Assembly: GCA_964459225.1 (NCBI GenBank)
Contig: CAYWKB010000001.1
Coordinates: forward strand, 180,140-244,139
Direction of reading: 5' to 3'
Origin: an uncultured Candidatus Saccharibacteria bacterium
GTDB lineage: Bacteria; Patescibacteriota; Minisyncoccia; Phycocordibacterales; PALSA-1337
DNA: 64,000 nt
Shown here: piece by piece, positions 28,625-38,667 of the stretch
How the letters are laid out: each line of letters begins with the position of its first letter
How positions within the stretch are numbered: the first letter of the stretch is position 1
Program-made: the position numbers and the translations under genes
The notes under the pieces: model-generated
Told to the model about the DNA's origin: nothing
The model's database searches: none
The model's input: only the letters and a program-made list of their open reading frames with translations

Positions 28625-31600
28625 ATGAATAAAATTACAAAAAGCATAATATTGTCAGTATTCGGAATAGCATTTGCATCAAGTTTTGCAATTGCAAATG
28701 CACAGTCTGCGAGTCCTTCAGTCACAACGTCTGTTACATGGAACACTCCTCAGTCAATAACATATGGTACTGCATTATCAAGTACTCAACTTAATGCAAC
28801 TGCAAATGTACCAGGAAGATTTACATATACTCCAGCCGCAGGAACTATACTTCAAGCAGGCAATCAAACTCTATCAGTTAGATTTGATCCTTCAGATACT
28901 AGTAAGTTTTCAGTTACAAAGACAGTTACTTTGGTGGTGACTAAAAAGTTTTTAACGATAAAGGCAGATAATGCAACAAAAGAGCAGGGTAGTGTAAATC
29001 CAGCATTTACCGCTACTTACACCGGTTTTGTTAATGGAGATTCAGAATCATCATTAAATGAGACAGCATCAATGACTACTACTGCAACCAAAAACAGTCC
29101 AATAGGTAGTTACGATATTATCCCAGGAGGTGCGGTGTCTTCTAACTACGCTTTCAATTATCTAAGAGGTACATTAACTGTTACAGCTCCAAATGTTTCA
29201 AATCAAACATATGAGATATCAACTATAGCATCTGGTCAAGGTACGATTTCATGTATTGGTTGTGGTAAAAATGTTAAAAATGGCACAAAGGTAACTGCTA
29301 TAGCAACACCTGCACTCAAATATGAGTTAACTTCATGGTCAGGTCTTGGTTCCTCATGTCCAATTAGTTCAAATAGTTGCGAAATAATAGCAAGTGCAAG
29401 TGGTGATATTATCGCCACATTTTCAGAAATCACACCTAGAGTTATATCCTTTACCGCCACTCCCGAAACAACAGCAATAGGCGGAGGTTTTGTTAGTCTC
29501 TCAGCTCAGGTAGACAAAAATGTGGGACCAACAAGCTACTATATTAAGATCTATGAGGATGGAGTATTAAATCCTCTTGTTGCATGTAGCTCAGGTACTG
29601 TATGTAGTATTGTTGTAAACGTTACTTCAACAAAATCATTCACAGCAAGAGTCGAAAAAGACGGAGTAGGTCAGGGTACAGTAAATATGTTAAGTAAGAC
29701 AGTTACAGTTCCAGGCAAGAAAAATCCAATAGTAACTTGGAATACACCAGAATCAATAACATATGGAGCAGCCTTAACAAGTACTCAACTTAATGCAAGT
29801 GCAAATATTCCTGGTACTTTTGTATATACTCCAAATTTTGGAGCAGTATTGGGAGCAGGAAACAAAACTCTTTCAGTAACATTTACACCAACTGATTCAG
29901 TACAATACAATTCAATTACAAAAACAGTAACTTTGCAGGTAATCAAAAAATATTTAACAATAAAGGCAAATGACACCTCAAAGCCACAAGGTTCAGCAAA
30001 TCCACAGTTCACAGCAACATATACAGGCTTTGTAAATAACGACAATGTAGGATCACTTGATGAAGGTCCATCATTTACAACTGATGCAAAGACAAATAGT
30101 CCAATAGGTACATACTATATAATTCCAAGTAATGCACAATCACCAAATTATGCCTTTAATTATCTAAGAGGTACATTAAGTGTAGTTTCATCTGCAACTT
30201 TAACAGCGGGACTTTCAGCAGATCCATCGACTGGACAAATACCACCAGATTTTAATACAACATTAACTGCTTCAAGATCAGGAACAGCATCAGGTCCAAT
30301 AACATATAAATTTAAATGTAATTCAACAGATGCGTATTCAGTAGCAAGTGTGGATGCAAATTATCTATGTAAATATTCAGCAGTAGGTACATATACTGCA
30401 AGTGTAGAAGCAACACAAGAAGGCAAGACATCAACAGCGACACTTGCAATATCAGTAACAAAGGATACAACAGCACCAACAGCATCAAATATAGTAGCAG
30501 GACCAATTACAGAACAATTATCAACAATAAGATGGGATACAGATGAATCATCAACAGGACAAATAGAATACGGTTTAACAAGTGCATATGGAACAAAGAC
30601 CAAGGAAGTAGCAACATTTGATTTGTCACATTCAATACAAATAAATGGCTTAAAAGACAATACAACATATCATTTTAGAATAATTTCAAAAGATATATTT
30701 GGAAATACATCAGTAACATCAGATAAAACATTTAAAACAGCAATACAGCCAATATCAGGATCAGGAGAGCTTATGGGTTGGGCATGGTCATCAAATATAG
30801 GATGGATAAGCTTTAATTCAAAAAATCCAGGTTCAGGCGGAGGTGTATATGCAGTAAATGTAAAATTTGATAATGATGAATCAAATGGATCATTATGGGG
30901 ATATGCATGGTCACCAAATATAGGATGGATACAATTTGATGGACTAACAGGAACAGTAAATGGCGAATCAGTAACAAATGCCATAGTAAATGCAAAACCA
31001 GGAGATCCAAATTATGGAAAGGTAACAGGATGGGCAAGGGCAATAGGAGCAACAACAGTAAGTGGTTGGGATGGATGGATAAAGCTATCAGGTGTAAATC
31101 ACCCTTCACCAGAAGATGCATTGAAAAAAGGAAACGAAGGAGTTACATACTATACAGTAGATAAAATAGATAATGTAGGAAATAGAGTAAGAACAGGATA
31201 TCTAAGAGGATATGCATGGGGAGGAGAGGTGGTAGGATGGCTCAAATTTGTAGAAGAGACGGATATGGGTTCAGGAGGAAAGATAGAGGATACAGTTTGT
31301 ATAACAAATTGTGGAGGTACAACTGGTGGAGGAGCTGACTTTACATTAACTAATGGTCGAAATATCACTGTAGATTTGACCAATAAAACACCGGTGGTAA
31401 TACCAGGAACGGTTATATTAGGAAGAATAAATAACTATAGTGGTCATATAAACATAACAAGAGCTGGCGGTAATTTACCGGGAGGGGCGATAGTTGATTC
31501 ATTGAGCCCAGCATCATGTGATTTGTCAAGTTTGGCGGGACAAATATCATGTACGGTAAGTGTGTCAGTGGCAGGGATAACAAAGGAAGGGGTAGGATAT

Positions 31601-32026
31601 TATGTAACGTTAAATGCATCTGACGGAATAAGTACAAAGTCAATAACCGTACCAATAACTTTTGTAGACAATTCAACTAAGTTAAAGATGTGGATTAAGG
31701 ATGGATCAAATGATACCAATGAAACAATGTCATCAAAGAAAGTAAGATTGGGAAATAGTGTGGATGTGGCGTGGAGGAGTGAGGTGAGTGGGTTGAGTCA
31801 GTGTAGAGGGTTCGTTGATGGTGTGCCAGTGATTTCAAATCAGAGTCCTACAGGCCAGTATACGATCACATCAAGTATATTAGATACTGTGGGTACCTAC
31901 GGTTTCCGTGTGGAATGTACGTCAAACTCTGGAATTGTAAAGGCAAAAGTAATAGATAGTAACGGCACTGTAAAGGCAGATGTTCTACAAATCACAGTAA
32001 CAAATTCAAAAATAGAAGAAATATAA
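28625..32026 (+). CDS. Large secreted surface protein with two MBG-like repeat modules, an FN3-like domain and Trp-rich repeats.
   Basis: Signal peptide. A module of about 340 aa is duplicated (WNTPQSITYGTALSSTQLNATANVPG... and WNTPESITYGAALTSTQLNASANIPG...), with motifs typical of MBG domains. A fibronectin-III-like segment follows, then four G(W/Y)AWSxNIGWIxF repeats. Confidence 0.7.
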   Translation: MNKITKSIILSVFGIAFASSFAIANAQSASPSVTTSVTWNTPQSITYGTALSSTQLNATANVPGRFTYTPAAGTILQAGNQTLSVRFDPSDTSKFSVTKTVTLVVTKKFLTIKADNATKEQGSVNPAFTATYTGFVNGDSESSLNETASMTTTATKNSPIGSYDIIPGGAVSSNYAFNYLRGTLTVTAPNVSNQTYEISTIASGQGTISCIGCGKNVKNGTKVTAIATPALKYELTSWSGLGSSCPISSNSCEIIASASGDIIATFSEITPRVISFTATPETTAIGGGFVSLSAQVDKNVGPTSYYIKIYEDGVLNPLVACSSGTVCSIVVNVTSTKSFTARVEKDGVGQGTVNMLSKTVTVPGKKNPIVTWNTPESITYGAALTSTQLNASANIPGTFVYTPNFGAVLGAGNKTLSVTFTPTDSVQYNSITKTVTLQVIKKYLTIKANDTSKPQGSANPQFTATYTGFVNNDNVGSLDEGPSFTTDAKTNSPIGTYYIIPSNAQSPNYAFNYLRGTLSVVSSATLTAGLSADPSTGQIPPDFNTTLTASRSGTASGPITYKFKCNSTDAYSVASVDANYLCKYSAVGTYTASVEATQEGKTSTATLAISVTKDTTAPTASNIVAGPITEQLSTIRWDTDESSTGQIEYGLTSAYGTKTKEVATFDLSHSIQINGLKDNTTYHFRIISKDIFGNTSVTSDKTFKTAIQPISGSGELMGWAWSSNIGWISFNSKNPGSGGGVYAVNVKFDNDESNGSLWGYAWSPNIGWIQFDGLTGTVNGESVTNAIVNAKPGDPNYGKVTGWARAIGATTVSGWDGWIKLSGVNHPSPEDALKKGNEGVTYYTVDKIDNVGNRVRTGYLRGYAWGGEVVGWLKFVEETDMGSGGKIEDTVCITNCGGTTGGGADFTLTNGRNITVDLTNKTPVVIPGTVILGRINNYSGHINITRAGGNLPGGAIVDSLSPASCDLSSLAGQISCTVSVSVAGITKEGVGYYVTLNASDGISTKSITVPITFVDNSTKLKMWIKDGSNDTNETMSSKKVRLGNSVDVAWRSEVSGLSQCRGFVDGVPVISNQSPTGQYTITSSILDTVGTYGFRVECTSNSGIVKAKVIDSNGTVKADVLQITVTNSKIEEI

Positions 32027-32051
32027 GATTGATTAATTAAATATAAAAAGG

Positions 32052-32088
32052 AAGACCGCTAACTCTATAAGAGTTTGCGGTCTTTTTG
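32052..32088. terminator. Bidirectional rho-independent terminator.
   Basis: AAGACCGC...GCGGTCTT with an inner palindrome AACTCT-ata-AGAGTT, followed by TTTTTGG. Confidence 0.7.
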
Positions 32089-32104
32089 GTCTCCCTTACC
32101 TGCC

Positions 32105-33100
32105 CTAAGGGAGATACGGAATCTTTTTAAGGGTTATGACCCTGAAGAACTTTCCACCACTCTGAACAGGTTCAGAGTATGAGATTGTTCCTGGGTCATC
32201 AACTCTGTTGGGAGCTACTTCGCTTCCTACGTTCACCCAATTTCCGACTACTGAGTCAGAACACTGGATTTGATAGGTGCGACCGACTTCGCCGCCATTG
32301 ACCATCAGTGAGACGGTATTTGGATTTGATGTCGTTCTCCCAACGTTTTTGACAGCTAGAGACCCGAGAGTCTCAGAACTGCCAAATATTTGTAGTGTCG
32401 GTTCCTTTTCAGGAACCCGATTACCATGCCCATCGTAGATGAACAGGTTGTAATTCTGATCTAAGACGCGGATATCGGTCTTGAAGTTGAATGAATCAGT
32501 AGCGATATCCTGTGGAATGGCCAGAAATTTCTCCTGGACATATACAACAGAATCACTTCTGCTTTCACCTGTCCGCAAATCGGAGCAGATGATTTTACCC
32601 CAAACCATGTTAGTGGTTTTGTATGGGATATAGTCAGGTAGTCCAATCTTGATTCCAGAAATATCTGGAGCAGTGTAGGATCCAGAAATCTTTTTAAGTG
32701 TTATATTACTCTCGTGAGAGAGGTACAGAACACTTCCTTGACTATCTAGATCAAATGCTGCCCATGAAATTCTGACATTAAACGGTAAGGATCTATTTTG
32801 TCCAAACTCATTTGTGATGGCACCTTGAATGGCTTCTAAGAGCTTTACACCTATAAAGGCGTTTAACTCTTCTAAAGTCTTAAACTGTAGATCAAGGGAA
32901 TTGTACGCACCTACGTACATATTTCCTTGCCCAACAGTCACATCAAGATATCGACCACTAATCAGACAATGTCTGATTACGGCCTCCATACTCCCGATGG
33001 AGTTTGTGGAGATCGGATCGACTACATTTTTCTTCAGTGCTCCCTCAACCTTGCCTACAAGGCAAAGGAAGGAGAGCAGAACTGCGAAAAGTATTTTCAT
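32105..33100 (-). CDS. Secreted hypothetical protein with GC-atypical coding sequence.
   Basis: 331-aa ORF with signal peptide MKILFAVLLSFLCLVGKVEG. Its DNA is visibly more GC-rich than its surroundings. Confidence 0.5.
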   Translation of the reverse strand: MKILFAVLLSFLCLVGKVEGALKKNVVDPISTNSIGSMEAVIRHCLISGRYLDVTVGQGNMYVGAYNSLDLQFKTLEELNAFIGVKLLEAIQGAITNEFGQNRSLPFNVRISWAAFDLDSQGSVLYLSHESNITLKKISGSYTAPDISGIKIGLPDYIPYKTTNMVWGKIICSDLRTGESRSDSVVYVQEKFLAIPQDIATDSFNFKTDIRVLDQNYNLFIYDGHGNRVPEKEPTLQIFGSSETLGSLAVKNVGRTTSNPNTVSLMVNGGEVGRTYQIQCSDSVVGNWVNVGSEVAPNRVDDPGTISYSEPVQSGGKFFRVITLKKIPYLP

Positions 33101-33269
33101 ACTTCTCCTTTCTGAGTCTTACGACTCGGTTGATTGTTGTTTTAGCACTACAAATTTCGATGTGCTCTAGGTATATTATACCATAGCCCCTATTTAATTG
33201 CAAATAGGGAGGGAAGGGGGATAAATGTGTTGATATATATAGAAATTAAGTATAATATCAAAGTGAAAT

Positions 33270-33917
33270 ATGAACACTTTTCAAATTTCTAAGTTTTCTG
33301 AGACATACATTCTACCTATCTTTACCCATTTTATATTAAAGATATTTTATAAAATTAAAATTAATGGTATTGAAAATATTGAGGAACTCGAGTCACCTTA
33401 TTTAATAGTTTCAAATCATGTATCAGTAATTGACCCTTTTCTGTTTAGACTTTTCCTGAGATCAAAAAACCTTCCAATCAGATTCATGGCAGTTAAAAGG
33501 TTCGACTTAAGTATATTAAATATTCTTGGTAGGTTGGGTGTTGTCAGAATGATTTATTATGTGTTCGGCGTATTAGTTGTCGAGAAAGGGGTAGGTATAG
33601 AAAAGAATACTAGTGAAGCAATAAATGTAATAAAAAATATGGGAAATATTGCGATTTTTCCAGAGGGTGGAATAGTAAATAAAGATGATATAGGTCAATT
33701 TAGAGATGGTGCAGCTAGTATAATTAATATTACAGGTGTAATGGTTTTACCTGTAGCTATACACAAAAAAAAGAAAAGATTCTTGAGAGGATCATTCACT
33801 ATTTCCATTGGTAAACCCAATAAATTTGATTTAGGCTTAGAAAATAGCTATTTAACTCATCTAATAAGAGAAAAGGTGAGACATTTATATTGCATTAATA
33901 TTAAAAAATATGAATAA
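33270..33917 (+). CDS. 1-acyl-sn-glycerol-3-phosphate acyltransferase-like (PlsC/LPLAT family).
   Basis: NHVSVID (HX4D) and FPEGG motifs. Confidence 0.75.
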   Translation: MNTFQISKFSETYILPIFTHFILKIFYKIKINGIENIEELESPYLIVSNHVSVIDPFLFRLFLRSKNLPIRFMAVKRFDLSILNILGRLGVVRMIYYVFGVLVVEKGVGIEKNTSEAINVIKNMGNIAIFPEGGIVNKDDIGQFRDGAASIINITGVMVLPVAIHKKKKRFLRGSFTISIGKPNKFDLGLENSYLTHLIREKVRHLYCINIKKYE

Positions 33918-34959
33918 TAACCAGTTTGCTTTTATTGTACATGCAAGATTTAGAAAAGATTTGATAATCTTGTATAAGGTACTTAAATTTTTACCTAATT
34001 TTATTGTTGATCTTGTATCTAGATATCATCCACCAGTGGTAATATCAAATGTCTATGAAGATAAAAATAAAATAGGAATTATTATTGGTATACCCATGAC
34101 AGCAAAGCAGTTGCTAGAAAGAAAAGATATAGCATTAGAAAAAATTTTATACTCTATAGAAATTGCAAAAAAGAAAGGTATTAAGACTGTTGGACTAGGT
34201 GCCATGACATCATCTTTAAGTAAAGGTGGTAAGGATGTTGAGCATAAATACCCAGAAATTAAAATAGTTAATGGTATCAATTATACAGTTATAAATATAA
34301 TTAAATACATTAATAAAATAGTCAGTGTGCTTCAACTTGATATTTCCCACACGAATATATCTGTGGTTGGAGCATCTGGTGGAATAGGCTTCGGAGTCAC
34401 TAGAGAATTATTTAATATTGGTTTTAGAAATATTAATCTAATAGACGTAGATAGAAAAATTAATATTTTAAAGAATAAATTAAGTGAAAATAATATTAGT
34501 ATGAATAAATATGATATTAGTATAACTTCTTCGTTAGAAACATTAATTAAAAGTAAGATAATTATTGCTGCAACTAATTCTCCAGAAACGGTGATAAAAA
34601 CAGAACATGTATCCCCAGGAACAATTATTATTAATGATGCGCAACCTTCTGATATTGATCCATATATAGAGAAAAACAGGTCGGACATCCTTGTCGTTGA
34701 GGGTGGGATAGTAAGTACAGAGGATATTGAAGTTAGTATGAATTTAGGTTTAAAAAATAAAAATGATATATATAGTTGTATGGCAGAAACAATTATTATT
34801 AATAAATTCCAGAATTATGATGTATACTCTAAAAAAGTTAATCCTGAAATAAGCAAGGAATCAGATAGGTTAGGGTTCGGTATAAATACGTTACAAAATT
34901 CAAGTTTTTTAATTAGTAATGATATCATATCTCAGTTTAAGAATTCTACAACCGATTGA
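33910..34959 (+). CDS. Fatty acyl-ACP reductase (AAR)-like Rossmann-fold dehydrogenase, COG5322-like.
   Basis: By recalled comparison to cyanobacterial AAR, it shares FAFIVH, LGAMTS, VVGASGGIGFGVTRELF, IIIAATNSPETVI...IINDAQ and VVEGGIV in the same order. No search was run. Confidence 0.5.
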   Translation: MNNNQFAFIVHARFRKDLIILYKVLKFLPNFIVDLVSRYHPPVVISNVYEDKNKIGIIIGIPMTAKQLLERKDIALEKILYSIEIAKKKGIKTVGLGAMTSSLSKGGKDVEHKYPEIKIVNGINYTVINIIKYINKIVSVLQLDISHTNISVVGASGGIGFGVTRELFNIGFRNINLIDVDRKINILKNKLSENNISMNKYDISITSSLETLIKSKIIIAATNSPETVIKTEHVSPGTIIINDAQPSDIDPYIEKNRSDILVVEGGIVSTEDIEVSMNLGLKNKNDIYSCMAETIIINKFQNYDVYSKKVNPEISKESDRLGFGINTLQNSSFLISNDIISQFKNSTTD

Positions 34960-35136
34960 TTCCATACTAAATGATTTAAGGCAAGAGTCTTTATTTTGGT
35001 TTTAAAATCTATTCTCGAATTACGAATATTTTATGGCAATTGATTCTAATTTTATTAACTAGCCAAGTTGAGTAATTCTAAATAGATTCTAATGATATGA
35101 TTAATTAATCATCATTAACTGATATGAGAAAGATGT

Positions 35137-37212
35137 CTATTTGTTTTTTCGGTTATTTTTTAAAGGGTTATTATGATGTATACCAATCGATGTTTCTATC
35201 CTTTTTTTTGCTAATTTAAAATATGCCTCATTGTTCTCAATCCCCACTGTTTTATAACCATTTTTGTAACCAGCAATAATTGTTGTCCCACTTCCTAGAT
35301 ATGGATCCAAAAGATAACCATTATCTTTATCAATATACGGGAGAATTAATTCAACGATTTGTTCTGGGTAGGGGGCAGTATGACCGAGCATATTCTCACC
35401 TTTTGAATTTATTTTTCTAACAGTATCAATCATAAAAACTTTTTTAGAAAGTTTTATTTTTTGAGTACTTTTACCAAATATCAAAACATGTTCGTAACAA
35501 TTTATTGGTTTAATATAAGAAGGAAAAATATTTTCAGTTGAATTACGTTTCGATTGAACTTGTCCTTTATCCCATATGATGTTCTCAAGTAACTTATAAC
35601 CGAGTATTTCAAAAATCATGATGCTGTAAAAACCGAGCATTAATCTACGTTTTGACATATGTGAGGTTATGAATACATTATCCTGACCTACAATATCACC
35701 AATATTGTAAAAATAATATGAATTATTTTCCATTTTCTCTAAGACCGCCTTAGCATTTACTGCCATATCAATTAGATAACATAACATTGTTGGCCATTGC
35801 GAATACTCTCTTGCATTGTAGTATGGAGGTGAGGTTATTACCCCGCTTATCTTTTCTTTAATACTAGATAATATATTTGAAGAGTTACCCTCATAAATAC
35901 TAAAATTACTCCCGCTAACTATAGAGCGTGGCTTATCAGTTTTGATATCGATATTTTTAATAATTTCATCAAATAAAAATTCAATAGTTGTTTTACTATT
36001 TATATTAACTTTATAATTACTATAATCACAAAATTCAACTATTCTGTTATATTTTTGTCTCACACCCAATTCTTTATCATTTGAAATATATTTTATTTTT
36101 TCACCAGACCAAGAAAAAAACTGTACGATCATATCGAAATAATTACCACTATTTGAAAAAATATCTCGACGGAATATTTTAAGGAGGTCTGTGTCTATTT
36201 GGTTATGCACATCCTTAATTTTAAGATAAGTATTTCTCTTAACATTAAAGTAATCAAATCTTTTTCCACGCCCAATTTTACTTCTACTAGGACAACTAGG
36301 ATTCTGACACTCAAAACTCTTTTTAAGAATGCTGGGGTAAGAATTACCACGAACGTTTTCTTTCATACAATCTGGGCAGGGTAGAATAGTTTCGTCAAGC
36401 TCTATCTTTTGCATGATTAAGATTTTTGTGTCATCAGAGTCCGAGATGATCAAGTCATTAAATTGAAAGCCGTATGATACTCCACTAAAAAAATCTTTAA
36501 CCCTATTTTCAATTTCATTTGTGTACTCGATATTTCTATTGTTTTTTAAAAATTCACTTAACTCATTAATTTTATTAGCTTTATTTTTATTAAATAACTT
36601 AAAATTAGTTTCTTTTTTAAAGTACTCACAATAGATGGCGATATCAGAAATTATTTGCCAATCGCTTTTTTCGAAAATTATCGTAAGATAATGATAGTTG
36701 GCTAGATTATTATATTCCTGATTTATTATAGACTTTACATTTTCAGAAATATTTTTTTTATCTGGCTCGACTCTAATAACTAAAAGTTGATTTTTACTCT
36801 TTTCGTATTTTTTAATTATTTTAAGATAATTTGAGATATTCTCTGTCTCTTTGGTTTTTTTATTTAAACGAGATTTTATTGTTCCAACAACTTTTGCTCG
36901 ATTTCTTTTAACACCTATTTCTAGGAGATTTACTGCTGATAGGACATCATTATTGTTAATAATACTTCTATCAATTGCAGGTAGACCATCGATTTTCCAA
37001 TTATCCAAATTTAAAATATAATTTCTCACACTATTTCTCTGTAAAGAAGTAAGTTTAAAATTATTTTTTGATTTGAAATTGTTAATGTGCATAGTTATTT
37101 TTTTATCTGCAACACGTGAAATGTCCAATGCTAATGAAATTAGTTTTCCATCAGAAATATAAAAATCAAAATTTTTTTTTAGACTATTTAATTTTTCTTT
37201 AAGGCTTTCCAT
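35137..37212 (-). CDS. DNA methyltransferase (N6-adenine or N4-cytosine, beta-class) with a large N-terminal extension.
   Basis: Motif IV SPPY (VITSPPYYNAREY) precedes motif I DPYLGSGTT, which defines the beta permutation. The N-terminal roughly 430 aa contain a Cys-rich Zn-finger-like segment (CPDC...C..C). Confidence 0.8.
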   Translation of the reverse strand: MESLKEKLNSLKKNFDFYISDGKLISLALDISRVADKKITMHINNFKSKNNFKLTSLQRNSVRNYILNLDNWKIDGLPAIDRSIINNNDVLSAVNLLEIGVKRNRAKVVGTIKSRLNKKTKETENISNYLKIIKKYEKSKNQLLVIRVEPDKKNISENVKSIINQEYNNLANYHYLTIIFEKSDWQIISDIAIYCEYFKKETNFKLFNKNKANKINELSEFLKNNRNIEYTNEIENRVKDFFSGVSYGFQFNDLIISDSDDTKILIMQKIELDETILPCPDCMKENVRGNSYPSILKKSFECQNPSCPSRSKIGRGKRFDYFNVKRNTYLKIKDVHNQIDTDLLKIFRRDIFSNSGNYFDMIVQFFSWSGEKIKYISNDKELGVRQKYNRIVEFCDYSNYKVNINSKTTIEFLFDEIIKNIDIKTDKPRSIVSGSNFSIYEGNSSNILSSIKEKISGVITSPPYYNAREYSQWPTMLCYLIDMAVNAKAVLEKMENNSYYFYNIGDIVGQDNVFITSHMSKRRLMLGFYSIMIFEILGYKLLENIIWDKGQVQSKRNSTENIFPSYIKPINCYEHVLIFGKSTQKIKLSKKVFMIDTVRKINSKGENMLGHTAPYPEQIVELILPYIDKDNGYLLDPYLGSGTTIIAGYKNGYKTVGIENNEAYFKLAKKRIETSIGIHHNNPLKNNRKNK

Positions 37213-37233
37213 GCTTTTTTATACTAATATATT

Positions 37234-37273
37234 ATAACTGAATTGAATGTTATTTACGGCTGTTAGCCGGTTA
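37234..37273. promoter_or_regulatory. Two short palindromes in the methyltransferase/controller divergent intergenic region; candidate C-box operators.
   Basis: ATAAC-tgaattgaat-GTTAT at 37234-37253 and CGGCT-gtt-AGCCG at 37256-37268. Confidence 0.35.
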
Positions 37274-37299
37274 TATTATAGCATGATATAAGCTAAAAT

Positions 37300-37536
37300 G
37301 TGAGAATGATAAAAGATGTTGATTTTATAAAAATCCAAAATGATATTCAATCAATGATTGGTAAGGTCCGTCGTGCAAAGAAAATGACACAAGAGCAACT
37401 AGGAAATATCGTTGGTTTGGAAACCAAATCAATAAGTGATATTGAGACAAATAGACGTAGGGCATCCACTCTTACTTTAATTAAAATCTTTTACGCACTT
37501 GATATTGATATAAAAAAGAGCTTTAGCATAAAGTAA
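37300..37536 (+). CDS. XRE/Cro-type HTH regulator; candidate restriction-modification controller (C) protein.
   Basis: 78-aa protein with the HTH segment MTQEQLGNIVGLETKSISDIETNRR. It is divergent from the methyltransferase gene and lies 4 bp upstream of the next ORF. Confidence 0.65.
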   Translation: MRMIKDVDFIKIQNDIQSMIGKVRRAKKMTQEQLGNIVGLETKSISDIETNRRRASTLTLIKIFYALDIDIKKSFSIK

Positions 37537-37540
37537 TAAT

Positions 37541-38623
37541 ATGACAAAATTTCAACTAAGAAATAGGACAATAAATTTTCTTAATAGTTTCGGTGAAAAA
37601 AATAAGATTAAAACGAAGTTAAAAAATATATGCGGTAAAACAGGTCAATATAATGTCCCTAATGAATTATTTCAAAAGAGAACTTCCCGAAAGAATCGTG
37701 TTCTAATTTCTTGGAAAACCGTAGATAAAAATCAACTTACACTTGAACAGCTTAAAACTTTTTCGGGTGGTGTAGTTGTTGAGTTTGTTAATAATGATTA
37801 TTTTCAAGAAAATGAGAGTATAAATCCATTATTTAATATATTAAAGGGTAAATTAGGTTCAGATGATATTGTGTCTTCAATGATCTCTATAAGAAATGAG
37901 GAGGGTAGTTCCTCTTCACAAATACCAAGAAGTGCCTTTGAAAAATTAAATAAGCATTTTCCAAATTGGAAAGACTTAATAATAAAAAGAAGGGATAAAG
38001 TTTCCGAACCTTTGAATATGGGAAATGATAAATGGGAAGGCTATATTTATGTTAATATTGCTGGTGGTCAACAGGATGTAATCAAGTCACATACAAGGTC
38101 CGAATTACTATTTAATCCAGCTTGCGAATTCGCTAACGAAGAAATATGTTTAGATATTGATTTAGTTATGTTGTTTTTTGCTCTCCATAGTATTAATAAG
38201 GAAATTTTATCCGAGGATCAAAGTTGTGAACTAAATAATTTATCAAAAATAATCTCAATTGAATTAAAAAGTAGTAAATATGATAATGGAAACTTGCTAG
38301 ATTATTGCTTAAATCACCTATGTTTAACCCTGGAAAATGGAAAATTATTTGATCCAATCCAATGTGAAGAAATTAATATAATTGATTTTTCAATAGATAA
38401 TAAGGAAGATTCTCGTAATTTAGATTTTACACATAATGAAGCAGTTAATAAGGAAAAGTTTTACTTCGATAATAATAAGAAGTGTGTTTTAACTCCAACA
38501 AGACCCGATAATATTTTTTGGTCAAGACATTTATCAAATATGATGCAACAAAATTTTTCTTTAAATGAGTATTTTAAACATCAAGAAGAGATATTTAAAA
38601 AAATAAAATCGAAATTGAATTGA
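37541..38623 (+). CDS. Candidate restriction endonuclease, assigned by position only.
   Basis: 360-aa ORF with no recognisable motif, immediately after the C gene in a MTase <- -> C-R arrangement like PvuII. Extremely AT-rich. Confidence 0.4.
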   Translation: MTKFQLRNRTINFLNSFGEKNKIKTKLKNICGKTGQYNVPNELFQKRTSRKNRVLISWKTVDKNQLTLEQLKTFSGGVVVEFVNNDYFQENESINPLFNILKGKLGSDDIVSSMISIRNEEGSSSSQIPRSAFEKLNKHFPNWKDLIIKRRDKVSEPLNMGNDKWEGYIYVNIAGGQQDVIKSHTRSELLFNPACEFANEEICLDIDLVMLFFALHSINKEILSEDQSCELNNLSKIISIELKSSKYDNGNLLDYCLNHLCLTLENGKLFDPIQCEEINIIDFSIDNKEDSRNLDFTHNEAVNKEKFYFDNNKKCVLTPTRPDNIFWSRHLSNMMQQNFSLNEYFKHQEEIFKKIKSKLN

Positions 38624-38667
38624 TTTACAAAAAACACCTTCTTTGATAAAAGAAATATAATATCCAT

